DNA of 64,000 nucleotides, taken from contig NC_135258.1 in assembly GCF_964204865.1 (NCBI RefSeq), positions 14,694,001-14,758,000 of the forward strand. The letters are read 5' to 3'. This document shows, piece after piece, positions 1-12,078 of this stretch. Within the stretch, counting starts at the first letter, position 1. Each line of letters starts with the position of its first letter. Below the pieces are notes generated by a model. It did no database searches, was not told where the DNA came from, and was given only the letters and a program-made list of their open reading frames with translations. This DNA comes from Styela clava. Its lineage: Eukaryota. Both the position numbers and the translations under genes were made by a program.

Positions 1-401
1 GGTATATAAGATCTTCCACAATGCAATTGATTAATTATTAATATAGATTATAGCAAGTGTGTTTTAAAGCACAAAGTGTCAAGCACCAAGAATATATCAT
101 ATGCTAAATTTAAGTTTGTAAGATTTCAACATAAAACATAATTTTGACGCGAAAACATTGATTATAACAAAAAACTATCTGGAGATGTCTAAACATGTTG
201 AAGTTGCAGGGTAATGATCTCGCATTCACCCCCCCCCCCAACTAATCCAGGACAACGGCTAATGAATATTCAGTTTATTCTAAAATAAAGTAGGTCCCCC
301 CACTGAACGCTGCTTGTAAAACGTAATATTCTGAGAGAAAGCATGAAAACGCATAATAAGAAAAATACTTCAACAAGTGCGAATGATGACACTTTACTTA
401 C

Positions 402-512
402 ATTAACAATCTTTGCTCTCATGAGTTCTAATTTTTCCTTTTCTTTATCTCTTTTTTTCTGCATATGCATTGCCCGTGTACCTTCACTTGCTGCTCCTTT
501 GTATTGCGCCAT
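402..512 (-). CDS. FAM50A: FAM50/XAP5 family protein, first coding exon (gene continues off the left edge)
   Basis: MAQYKGAASEGTRAMHMQKKRDKEKEKLELMRAKIVN matches the conserved FAM50/XAP5 N-terminus (MAQYKGAASE). The 111-nt exon ends at a GTAAGT donor (401-396). An upstream TTATTTTACAG acceptor ends at 561. Confidence 0.9.
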
Positions 513-1849
513 GTTTTTGTTGGATAAATTAACAAAGATTGAATTTACTAGATCAAATCTCTGTAAAATAAGGCTATCAAATGATAATAACTCATATTTA
601 TTAATGATTGCTGGAATTGAGAGCCATGACAATCAACCAAACAAATAGCGAAAATCGTATCACACCATACTAACAAGTCTAAAAGTATTGTAATTCCCCA
701 AAAGATCATTTCTGAACAATACAAACAAAGAACTCTCAGCCAAGCTGTCAGTTTGCCTATGTTGTTAAATAAATTTTGTGTGTCAAAATATGAATAAGTA
801 ACAAAAATAATATATTGATGATTAAAAAGTAACTATTACAAAAATAAACAAATCATTCTCATAGATCGAATGTCTGTCTCCAATATTTTTTCCATGAAAA
901 TTTACTCAAAGCAAGGTCGCAGACACTCACGCAGAAGTATAAACTGACCTTTATATAGAATTATTGGTACATTATTTGGTAGTAAGTAATGATTGAAACG
1001 AGGCTTGAGTTAAAATATTACAATACAGTTGAAAAATCAGTTTTAAAAAAGTTCCTGGAAAATACAGTAGTATGTCATTTAAGGATTCTTATCTGAAATC
1101 AATTTTAATTCATACTTTTTACATTAATTTACTTTGTAAGATTACGCAAAAAAAATTAATAAATAATAAATTTTGGAAATTGTATTTCAAATTTGGAAGA
1201 TTGAACTTTTATATATTTCATATACAATTTGAATACATTTCATATACAGTTTCATCTTTAATTTTCAAATATCACTTACTTTGTGTATTCAAATTTGTAA
1301 CTCAACTTTTTTAAACTGTCAAAAATGTCTTAATGTAATTAGGAAGTATTTAATCTTGTATAGTGTAAAATATTGGACAGCCCAATCAATCAAGATTTTC
1401 AATTTATATGTCTGATGTAGTATACAGATTCTAAGTTTTAAAATCTAGACAGTTCCAAATAAAGAATTTCATCAGTTTGAATTGTATGGAGGTGAAAGAG
1501 AGCAAAAAATAATAGCATACTGAGATGGATAGAATATACTAAGAAACACACATTACAGGGAAACTTCCAAACATAATGCACAAATGCTTGCTGGAAAAAA
1601 GATGATAATTTTTTTTCTACCGAATTCATTAAGGATATAAAGACTGCACAGTTTTAAACTCCATTTTTTCTTCTTAGGTCAGATGACAAGCAGGCTTATA
1701 CCCAATATCTTTAACATACCATCTCAACAAAGTTTAATGATAATATATAAAGTTAACAACTCCTTTGTTTTTTCTTCCTGGGTCAAATGATGGTCATGCA
1801 ACACCAATGGAGTCTTCAATATGTAATGCCAACATACGTGCGTTTAGAC

Positions 1850-2164
1850 CAGAGGTGTGCAACAGGTGCGACGTGGGCCACAACTGAGACCGCTGAGCAT
1901 TTTAATGTAACTCTTGTCAACATTTAAACTATTTCCCGTTAAGCATGAAATTATAATCCGACTGTTATTGTTTTAAAAGTCACTAAGATGAGTAAAGATA
2001 GAAGTTTTTTTGCTTTTTTCGCTGCACTAAATTTTTTGCTGTTTTTCTCGATGCCTTTCATTACTGCAGGGCTAAGCGATAGTCGCATTCTCTTGTTTTC
2101 GTGTGGCCCAGTTAGATTAGATGTTGGTTATGTGGCCCACCGACAAAAATGTTGCACACCCCTG
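1850..2164. mobile_element. Non-autonomous hAT MITE
   Basis: TIRs CAGAGGTGTGCAACA / TGTTGCACACCCCTG. Degenerate 8-bp TSD GTTTAGAC / GGTTAGAT. Confidence 0.8.
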
Positions 2165-2305
2165 GGTTAGATTAATGCAATAACCAATATGACATTTGGA
2201 TATTATGGGATACCAATATCATTTTTTATATATCAATGCTAAATTGCAGAACATGTTTCGAACAAATTCAATGCAGCGTCACTAAAATGGGAACCTATAG
2301 CAATT

Positions 2306-2980
2306 CTAAGAACCTTTTTCTAATTCCCATAGTTCTGCTTCGAGACCATCTTGTTTAGCAATTTTTTCAAGTTGCATTTTATCAGGATTCTCTATTACCC
2401 CAGAGTCTATTTTTTCTTTGAGTTCTTGAATTTGTCTAAGTTTCTTTTTTAGGTTTTTAATTTTTTTCGCACTGTCGTCATCTTGACTTTGACTGATATC
2501 ATTAATTGCAACAGAAGCAAGTTTTTCATTTATACTTTTAGTACCATCTGTAACATTTTCCGTTTTAACCGTTTCATATTGCGCAATAACAGAAGCTTTC
2601 GTCATCTCGTTTTGCTTCTTCTGACGTTGTTCTTTACGTTTCAAGTTCTTTTTCGCTGATTTGGATAAATTTTTATTATCTGCAGAAGCACTTTCAATTG
2701 GAGAACTGAGTTTTTCTAAAGTCGTTCGTTCAGTCGATTTTATCATGGAAACAGGATTGGGATTGGAAGATAAGCCGGGGCATGCTGGAGCATTCGCTCG
2801 GTTTCTTGCTGCTCTGTTTTTGTACCGAGCTACGTCTTCATCAGGGACATAACCATCTTTCACTCGTCTTGCTTTTCTCCATGAACCATCTGGACGTTGA
2901 GTTGCAGGAATGAATGCAAATCCTTGTGCATCACGCACAATTCCTGCAGCTTGTGATACTTCAAATTTTTGTTCCGCCAT
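2306..2980 (-). CDS. PYM1: Partner of Y14 and Mago (PYM1/WIBG), 224 aa, single coding exon
   Basis: Mago-binding motif [23 protein letters not shown], central [11 protein letters not shown] and C-terminal [13 protein letters not shown]...QLEKI. Confidence 0.95.
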   Translation of the reverse strand: MAEQKFEVSQAAGIVRDAQGFAFIPATQRPDGSWRKARRVKDGYVPDEDVARYKNRAARNRANAPACPGLSSNPNPVSMIKSTERTTLEKLSSPIESASADNKNLSKSAKKNLKRKEQRQKKQNEMTKASVIAQYETVKTENVTDGTKSINEKLASVAINDISQSQDDDSAKKIKNLKKKLRQIQELKEKIDSGVIENPDKMQLEKIAKQDGLEAELWELEKGS

Positions 2981-3240
2981 CGCTGCTGTCTGATTGCTTG
3001 ATTATTATTAGATTATACAGAGCGCCTATGCTATATTCAATAATGAGAAAGTTAATGAAACAGTAATAGGAATCCCAAATTCAACAATCAATCTTAATAT
3101 CATGAGTGTTACTGTTAAGTATTCGGACTCGTACCTCTAGTCAGTCTAGTGGGCGTAGCATAACGATTTTTGTGTCATGTTAATCCTAACCCCCACCTGA
3201 CTCCGCCATCAAAAAATTACGTCACTACTCTAGGCCCAAG

Positions 3241-4445
3241 TAGGATAGGATTTACATATTTATCCCGGGGGAGAGGAAAGTCCATAAGATGGCTTGACCA
3301 TGTAGCGAACCACGGCATCTCGTCCGGTTACCATTCCATGACGGGTATGGGATTAGTTAGTTATTTGTTTTCAGAAGCATGGACTTGATGGTGGAGGAAG
3401 CCGTAATCCCAGGGGTTACGTGAACCACCCTACAGCGGCGAGGAGTCCAGCAATACTCTCGCACATGACCCCCACATGGGATTAGAACAGTGGTTCTTAA
3501 ACTTTTTCGAGCGCGACCCAAATCTGAGTTTTATGAATACTCGCGACCCAATCCTAAAAAACGCAAAATGTGTTTTTAATGTTAGTACAGTTTGACTCAA
3601 ATACAGACAACTATTTATCAGAAACAGTCCATTGACTCAGTGAGATTGATGAAACTGAAATTTACTTTTTCATTATATCTTCAATACACAGCTCTAATTT
3701 ACTTAACGCAATGCGCAAGTTGTCACGGGTATCGAAGCGATTGCGAGCTTAGTTTTGATAACCGTCAGTGCCAAATATCCTCGCTCGCACAAGTGCCTTG
3801 TCGGGAATTGTAGCAGAAAAGGCGTCCGCTGTCCGTCGCAAACACGACATCCTAGCTGGCCTTCGGTATCTCTCGCAATATACAACTTTTTACTCGTCAC
3901 ATGTGCACGCACTGCTTCGTTCGCGGTAAATGGTGCCTCGAGATGAAGTCACATTTTCTCTAGATATTGAATAATCTAATGTCGAGAAGCGAGCTTTTTC
4001 ATTGCGTCGTCTATTACAATTTTCATTACCAAAATGACACCCATTTTTGGTTATTTTAATCCACTAAGACGACATTCCATGCGGTCAACACAACGACAAG
4101 CGACGTGCATGGTTACCGATGCCATAAAAATAATACACGTGACTGGCATATCAGAATTGTGATGTAACAATGAGCTCAAGACAGTTCTTTCCGTGAATGA
4201 AATTTTTTATTTCATTATTTTTAAATACCAGAGTTTAGAAGCTGAATTGAAACATTGGGAAAGCTGAAAATTCGTCCTTCTCCTCTTAGATTGCCCTTGC
4301 ATTGACGACCTTGTCGCGACCCATTTTTAAACCTTCCGCGACCCATGTTTGGGTCGCGACCCATACTTTAAGAACCACTGGATTAGAACCTGCGAACCCA
4401 CGTAAAGTAATTAGAGATGCGGTGGCGAGCGTATTCCTAACGCTT
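3241..4445 (-). mobile_element. tRNA-derived SINE copy interrupted by a hAT element
   Basis: Colinear with the intact copy at 33243-33562 on both sides of the 3488-4380 insertion. (ATCCT)-like tail at 3241. Confidence 0.8.
3488..4380 (-). mobile_element. Non-autonomous hAT (Buster/Charlie-like) element with a transposase C-terminal remnant
   Basis: 14-bp TIRs CAGTGGTTCTTAAA / TTTAAGAACCACTG and perfect 8-bp TSD GATTAGAA. The minus strand encodes LLQFPTRHLCERGYLALTVIKTK, resembling the hAT dimerisation motif. Confidence 0.9.
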
Positions 4446-6502
4446 AGCACAATGAGCCACACCGCACTGGAAAGGACATTAGACAATTACCCAATATTTA
4501 TGGAAGAAATTTTTTCTCTCTGCAATCTCCGAATACCAAATACACTAATATTGAATAATACAAAGAAACAATATACTTTCTGACTTTATGGCCCTTGCCT
4601 TGTTTTACAAGGTTTGTGTTTATTGTATAATATTGTATAGACTATATATTGGCTATATACCGATATATATACTGATATAATATGTACATAATATTTCTCA
4701 TGTTTTGAACTTTTTTAAAGATTTTGCTCGCTTTCTCCTTTTATTTATTTGAGTCTTCAAATAAATCAATCTATCTATTGAAGATCCTGTAAGTCAGTAA
4801 GTAGGCTAAATAGAAAATTCAGACATTGAATTTTCATATTTTACTGTAATTGTTTTTTTTGTATCGAAATAGCGATACTACTAACACACTTCAGCACTTA
4901 GACTAGTTGACACACAGCATACCGGTAGTTACGGTATGCTTGTGATATAATGAGTGATTTATTATCTTTGGTATTTATAATTTATAAGCAAGTTATGTGA
5001 CTACGTCTACTGGTCTACATGCAGACATGAACTGCACTTCACTTCTTTGCCACTAGAAAAACAATGCAAAATACCATTTTTCGCCAAAATAATCCAAATA
5101 TATTTAAATGAATGCTAAAATAATCTAGAAAATATTCTATCATCTAAATGGGTATTTATTACATTTAAATTATATATATATTTTTTTTTATGATTCCACA
5201 ATGTGGATTATGCAATAAATAAAAATCATAATATAATAAACGAATAACAATAATCAGGTATAAATTATACGTAAATTATCTCTCACAAGGCAACACTGAA
5301 ACAGGGTAAGAAATGGAATGGTTGGCTCCATGACCTTCAACCCCAAGAAAATACCCATTTGCGAGATTGTTGTATGAATCTTATTTCGATTCATTCACAA
5401 AAATAAAACAATTTACAGAAAATAAAAAGGGAAAAATAATGAAAAAACAAACAAACTAAATATGAGTTCAGGACTTATTGAACGCGTGCATCCACTAAAA
5501 GAGAAGGAAAACAAATAAACATGAATATGGGCGACGGGTCATTATTCAGGGGTCTCCCTTCGTTATCAGATTAGCTGCAATTTGCTCACAAACCCAACAC
5601 CGTGCAAAATAGCCGTTGCGTGTGTGATAACCAACGACTAACAGGTGATAACTGATTAGTGAGATGTGCAAGTATATGAATATGGAAAATTTATTTCCAA
5701 ATTTAAAGGTACAATTATATATCGGCGTTCCATGTTTAAAAATAAAGAAAACTGTCGAGTGATTGTCATATTATTGTCTAAAACTTCCATTGCGAGTTGT
5801 CAATTATTACGTCTAGGCATTCAAACTTCTGCATATTCACCGAAGGCATGAATCACGTACTTTAGGACTTTAGGTGACTGTTTAGTCACACAAAAGCTCA
5901 GTACTATACTGTATAAAGATGTTGCGGTTGCGCTTATCAGGTTTTGCAATAACCGCATGACAAATGACTTTAGTAATTTCTTATTGCTTCAGACAAATAG
6001 TTGAGCAAATAAAAATTATCACATCAAAAAAAAACCTTGTACCATTTTTCCAAAACCGGTTCTTGCATCGAATGAAGTACTATATAAAGAATCGAGGTGA
6101 ATTCATCTGATGGCAAAATGCCGAAGCAACGAAAAGAGCGTAGCCAAGCCAAGAATTGGGGAGGAGGGCAATGATTTTTCAGGACGAAGTTGACTCGCGC
6201 CTTTCTCTCTAAACAGGAACAAGGACAAGCAGCCACTGATATCTGACGATATTCTTGAAAAAGCTCTCCAAAGACGTATTTTGTTGTCAAGGTCTCCAAG
6301 CTTTTCAAGCGCTCAATTTCATCTAGCTCGGTTGGTTTATTTGGGGAAATAATTATTAGTGAGCCAAAAAATGTCGGGTTATCAGTCTCACGGATGGAGC
6401 ATAATATTGCCAAAAAAAAACGTAAAAGTTTGTATCTTACTGCAAATGCCAAAATACAATATCGACAACCAGAACGCCGCGGGCAGAGCGTTAGCAGTAA
6501 GG

Positions 6503-7345
6503 CAGGGGTCGGCAACCTACGGCCCGCGGAGTAATATAATCCGGCCCGCGACGCTTGACTGAATTATAGTAACAAAACATCTGTTTTGACGATTTTATTT
6601 TTACGTAACTGAATTTATTGTGCGATACGTGCAGACTAAATTATATATATTATAACCTAACAAGTATATAATTCACAATTACTCGTTTAATGAGCCTATA
6701 CTTTAATTATAATTAGACAAATGGCAACAAAACGCAGAAAAGTTGATGCTAAGTACAGAGGGTTCTTCAATGGCGAAGAAATTATTCAAATGGCATTTTT
6801 TGAGAAGCAATGCAATGAGGAAATAAATATACAGTATATATATATATATATATTCCATTCGAGAGATGTATCGCTGCGTGATTTTTGTTATAAAAAGTGT
6901 CTTCTTCATAGTAAACTATATCCAAATTTGACAAACCATTCGAAAAAATTCACATCGATGTTTGGAAGTACATATGGATGCGAACAACTATTTTTGAAAA
7001 TTAACATCAGAAATAACAATCTGAGAACTCGGATTAGTGATTCCCATTTATAAAATGTTTCAATCTTGGCTTCATCCAGTGTCCCATTTAGAAAAGCGTG
7101 ATGCAACATAAAGTGTCACATTAAATGTCATTTGTAATTTTTTTCTTCAAGTGAGACGACCAAGTTGAGTTCACGAGTTGGTGCAGTCTTCGCGCGCTGC
7201 TTAAATTTAACTTCTGATCTGTGTGGAAAAGTATGATTCATCGACCATTCGTTCGGTTTTTATCTTTCTAAAAATATGTGCGGCCCGCTAATGACTTACA
7301 ACTCTTAATTTTGGCTAGCGAGTGACAAAAAGTTGCCGACCCCTG
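6503..7345 (+). mobile_element. Internally deleted hAT element (SPIN/GTF2IRD2-like transposase remnants)
   Basis: TIRs CAGGGGTCGGCAAC / GTTGCCGACCCCTG, TSD CAGTAAGG / CCGGAAGG. ORF 6721-7053 joins N-terminal MATKRRKVDAKYRGF to C-terminal SMFGSTYGCEQLF...LRTRISDSHL. Confidence 0.88.
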
Positions 7346-7876
7346 CCGGAAGGCAAAGGCAAGAGAAGAGAATGCTTTCGCTTAGCCTCAACCCACAGCA
7401 ATAAAGGTACTGGGCAAAGCGGCGGAAGATTTGACGCAGCGAAAAGTGCAAAAACATTATGTGTTTTTACCCATGTGAGCCGCTTGTTAAACATAAACTG
7501 TCAGATTAGGATTTTATCTTTGATGTGGAAAACTATGTTAACAAGTGCCACACTGAATCTAGTTGTGGATGGTGGAACAGGTACATCTTTATTTTTTATT
7601 AACTTTTATTTTTTATTAGTTTTTATTTTTTATCAACTACCAGTATGTAATTTTTCATGTTCCCTTTACTTAATAACTTCTATATGGTTGTGTGTGTGAG
7701 CGTGTGTGAAATATTTCAATTATTTTAGGTGAGTGAATACGTACCACATCTTCTTGGCAAAACCTTCCATCTTATATACATTCTGTACGTTTTAAACCTT
7801 ATCTAAGGTTTTGTTCGCTCTCCTAATTTCATAATCAGTTTTTATTTATTTATTTTTACCATTCATTTTATTGTTT

Positions 7877-8806
7877 TGCTGATTATGGAGTCGAAATAAA
7901 CTTATACTTATAACAGAGGCAGAAAAGATGGGACCACTGCACCTGTTGGAATAGTAGTTGTTCGTGGAAATTTGAAATTAATGTTGAAAGCATTGAAACG
8001 GATACAATGATTTTGAATTGAACTAATCGAAAACGGCAAAAGAACCCGATACCCCAATCCATGATTTGTGCATAGACTGCTATGAAACATTCAATCTATT
8101 TATCGAGCTTGTTTTTTCAGTAACCATTTTTTTGTCACTGTGTTATTTTTGTAAGATTTAATGAAATTGAACTAGGCCTACAGCATCACCGTTTTACGTC
8201 AGCGAGTGTGTATTATTTCAAAGTTTTGTAGGAAAAGCACTGTTGTGTTACACACACACGTCTCACATTTTAAATTCAATTTTAAAGTATTGCCCGATTT
8301 TATATCGTGTTTTTGTTTTATTGTGTTTTGACTGTTTTTCGTGAACGGGCCCTAAACACGTTACTTTAACACGAGTTTAACTTCTTTATTAAGTTATGCG
8401 TGTCCTCTGTATTTTGTTTGTTCGTTTGTTGTTGTTTTGTTTTTCGTTTCTATCAGAGTGACCAAATAAAATTGATTGATTGACTAAACAGCTTGCCCGC
8501 GGGCCGCCTGTTGCACACGGCTGTTCTCATTCTTTTAAATTGTATCTAGTCGTTCCTGCCTTCTCTCAGTTAGTTCCTAACACATATTATTTTATGTTTT
8601 TGCGCTATATATCAATTTTCCCAACAACTTTTATACGAATACGGAACACGGAATTTAAATCCCAAGTTTCATTGCGTCATTGCTGTGGCGCGAACTTCAA
8701 ATTTGTTAGTCAACAGGAGAGAGTATGACGAACAGTGAGCGGCCCTCATATTCTTTTTTATAATAATAAGTATAAGTATAAGTTTATTTCGACTCCATAA
8801 TCAGCA
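7877..8806. repeat. 36-bp perfect inverted repeat (7877-7912 and 8771-8806), LINE 3'-tail-like
   Basis: TGCTGATTATGGAGTCGAAATAAACTTATACTTATA and its exact reverse complement. AATAAA followed by a short tandem tail. Confidence 0.7.
8686..8701 (+). promoter_or_regulatory. Candidate E2F + CHR-like composite element upstream of TRIP13
   Basis: TGGCGCGAA followed by TTCAAA (reverse complement of CHR TTTGAA), about 860 bp upstream of a cell-cycle gene. Confidence 0.4.
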
Positions 8807-9561
8807 TATATTATTGTTCTTCTTTCATAGCTGAATTCTTCGAGACTTCTATGATCGGATATTACTATACTGTACCGTAAATGGTATACAATTGTATGAT
8901 ATTCGGTTCTTTAGCAAAATATGGTAGCTGGTAACGTTAGGTCTATGCCAGCTATGACGATGAGGAAGGCTGAATAGGTTATCACGATTTATTTGTATCC
9001 TAGGCTATTTATTAGTTACCGTACCGTACTGCCCGAACCAGGTACAGTGCAGTGGTTTGGCATCATACCGGTACGGTACATCTTTAACTGAAATACATCA
9101 AGTCTGTACCATATTTGCAACTTTCTACAGTTCTATGTAATCATAATAATTTCGTTCACCACGTACTGGGAGAGGAAAACCCATAGTCTGATAGTGCATT
9201 AGTGAGTTAGGCAACTTAATCATACACTACTGGTACCGGTATCTGACTATACCCGTAAACTACAGCTAGACCATAACTTATAAACTAGCTGTAGTTAACA
9301 CAGTTACAGTGTCACTCCTATTCTGCAATTACAGAATTGAAGTTTCGATTGGGTATGATTAAAAGTTAGTCTACTTCCTGACTTAATAAAATACTCATAC
9401 GAGTCATATTGCTGTAGGCCATTTGTATTCTTTTTGCTAGTACAGTAGTATTCAATTTTCTTAAGTTTTCATATATTTAAAAAAAATATTCGTAACACTG
9501 TACAGCTGTAATTGTGAATTGTTCTATTCTAAGTGACTTAATACAGTATTTGTTTTTTTAG

Positions 9562-10800
9562 ATGGCTCTTGTTCATGTGGAAATTCTTCTTAGACCAGAA
9601 TGTGTAGAGAGTAATAAAACTATTATAGCAGCAGTGGAAAAATATCAACATAATATTGGCTTCGAGTTAGGATCAGAGAAATACAAATTTTCTGATCCTG
9701 TATTAAATCAGAACGTTTTGTCAATATCAACATCAAACCATCAACATACTAATGAAAATGGATATGACATCAGAAATGGATTAAAATATCATTATCATGT
9801 ATACAAGCTATATGATTTGGAAGCAGCTGATGAAATGCTTGAAAATGGTGATGATAAAGACCTTCCTGCTGCATCACATTTGATGCTGCCATCAACAAAT
9901 TTACAAGGGCTTTGGGAAACTCTCAAATTTGACACAGATATTAAAAACAATCTCTTGCGTTATATTGAAACAATATTGTTTTATGCGGATAAAGGTGTTG
10001 ATTCAAATTTAATTTCTTGTAATAGAGTCGTGTTATTACATGGTCCACCTGGTACTGGAAAAACGTCTTTGTGCAAGGCACTTGCTCAAAAAATTTGTAT
10101 TCGATTGTCACATAGATTTCAGCAAGGATCATTACTTGAAATAAATAGTCACAGCTTGTTTTCGAAATGGTTTTCTGAAAGTGGAAATTTGGTCCGAAAA
10201 ATGTTTGCTAAAATAGAAGAACTAGTCCAAGATGGTGACAGTTTTGTTTGCGTTCTAATTGATGAAGTCGAGAGCTTGACTTGTGCCAGGGCTTCTCATG
10301 ATTCTGGTACTGAGCCTTCTGACTCGATTAGAGTTGTTAATGCATTGCTGACTCAAATTGATAAAATTAAGGAATATCCAAATGTTGTTATAATGACAAC
10401 TTCAAATGTTACTGGAAAACTTGACATGGCTTTCGTTGATCGTGCCGACATAAAGCAGTACATTGGATTGCCATCAGTTTCCGCCATATATGAAATATTA
10501 CGTTCTTGTATCCTTGAACTTATAAGAGTGAATGTCATTTTTCCAAGACAATATATTCACCCATTTGACTGGGTTCACCCTGAAGATGTAGATTATGAAA
10601 ACAAGGGATATTCTGAAGAACTGAAAAGAATATCTAAAAAATGTTCTGGACTTAGTGGCAGGGCCTTACGCAAGCTTCCTTTCATTACTCAAGCGATGTT
10701 TATTGAACCAAAAGTCTGTACGATGAAAGTTTTTCTGTCAGAATTATCCAAAGCTGTGGACTTGAAATTTCAAGAGTTGAAAGATTTAGCATACGATTAA
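9562..10800 (+). CDS. TRIP13: Pachytene checkpoint protein 2 / TRIP13 AAA+ ATPase, 412 aa, intronless CDS
   Basis: NRVVLLHGPPGTGKTSLCKALAQK (Walker A), EINSHSLFSKWFSESG, LIDEVESL (Walker B), EPSDSIRVVNALLTQID, AFVDRADIKQYIG, GLSGRALRKLPF. The ATG directly follows a TTTTTTTAG acceptor. Confidence 0.97.
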   Translation: MALVHVEILLRPECVESNKTIIAAVEKYQHNIGFELGSEKYKFSDPVLNQNVLSISTSNHQHTNENGYDIRNGLKYHYHVYKLYDLEAADEMLENGDDKDLPAASHLMLPSTNLQGLWETLKFDTDIKNNLLRYIETILFYADKGVDSNLISCNRVVLLHGPPGTGKTSLCKALAQKICIRLSHRFQQGSLLEINSHSLFSKWFSESGNLVRKMFAKIEELVQDGDSFVCVLIDEVESLTCARASHDSGTEPSDSIRVVNALLTQIDKIKEYPNVVIMTTSNVTGKLDMAFVDRADIKQYIGLPSVSAIYEILRSCILELIRVNVIFPRQYIHPFDWVHPEDVDYENKGYSEELKRISKKCSGLSGRALRKLPFITQAMFIEPKVCTMKVFLSELSKAVDLKFQELKDLAYD

Positions 10801-12078
10801 ACATTGCTTACCACATTGTTTCATAGCAATTGTAGTATAAATAACTTCTATTTGAAGTTCGGTTGATAAAAATTCTATGTTAAAGTCTTGGGAGTAGATC
10901 TTGCTGAGGCAATATATGTAATTCTACCAAAATAAGTTTGTTTCTTTTTTGTAAGAATCAGTGTTGCCTAAAACACTCAGTCCAACAAAATTAGAAATCA
11001 ACCCCAAATTAAAAAAATGCATTTTGCAGGAAATAATATATCAAAACAGTGATACTATGATTTATGTCGAGTTGTGTTGTAGCATCTTAGAAATTTAATA
11101 TGAAAAGTTCATAAAAGGTTATTTATTTGGGCTATTGATTGCCTTCATTACACAATGTTTATAAAGTGTTATGTATGAGTATCCTCCCAAGTTTTAAACA
11201 AGTTGTTTTCGTGTTGTGCATGAAATTAAATGCAAGTGTGATAATTCTGCCTTTGTTGATTCTTTCAAGATATCTTGGTTCCATTTTACTTTACAGTTTT
11301 CTTGCAATCATTAAAATCGAGACCTAACTCGGAAATATATACATGCATTTCTTTTAATAATAAAAAATAACACAATTAAATTGTTATCAAAAAGTATGGA
11401 CAACACTACAATAATAATATGATATACATGGTTAGGTTATACATGCAATAAAGAATTTGTCACCCCCATCATCCATTTTTCCATGATTTCCATAATGTAA
11501 ACATTGTTCATGAAATGTAACTCTTTACATCATACTTAAAATACATGGCACGCCAGTCTAGGTGGGTAACATTTTTGGCCCCTGATCGAAAAAATGTGCG
11601 AACCCCTCAGTTGAGGCTTGTGCTAACGACCCATAACTATTTATTGTGACGGATAAACTTATCAGCTGGGGTTGAGAGACTCTGGAACGTCGAAATCATA
11701 TTGTTTTTCTATGGTTCACAGACTTCCCGTGTTTATGAAACCAATTTTGACTCCTCGAAGTGAATTGTGTATCTTGACTTCAGTCAATAGTGCTTAGTGT
11801 GCGAGAGAGAGATTTTATTTCCACAAAACAATATTGAAAAAGGACCATGGTACATATTTTCATGAAAATACAGTGCAGTGAATATTTAAACATTGAATCC
11901 TGATGGTCAGTATGCGAGACCTTTACAGGTCATCGAGGCTCCGGACTATTTTATTTACGCTCTGATCAAACTGTCAGCATGGATTATCACAATATGAAAT
12001 TATAGAATAAAGACAGAAAAAAAGTCAGGGTAATAAAAATTTTTTTTTCTACTATTCAACACTTTACATCTGATTTAT

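Noticed and set aside
270-632. 120-aa ORF as a complete FAM50 protein
   Set aside because: Only 402-512 matches FAM50. The rest is UTR and intron read-through past a GTAAGT donor.
11540-11610. hAT-like end fragments here and at about 8494-8523
   Set aside because: Only a single terminus is visible in each case, with no partner TIR or TSD.
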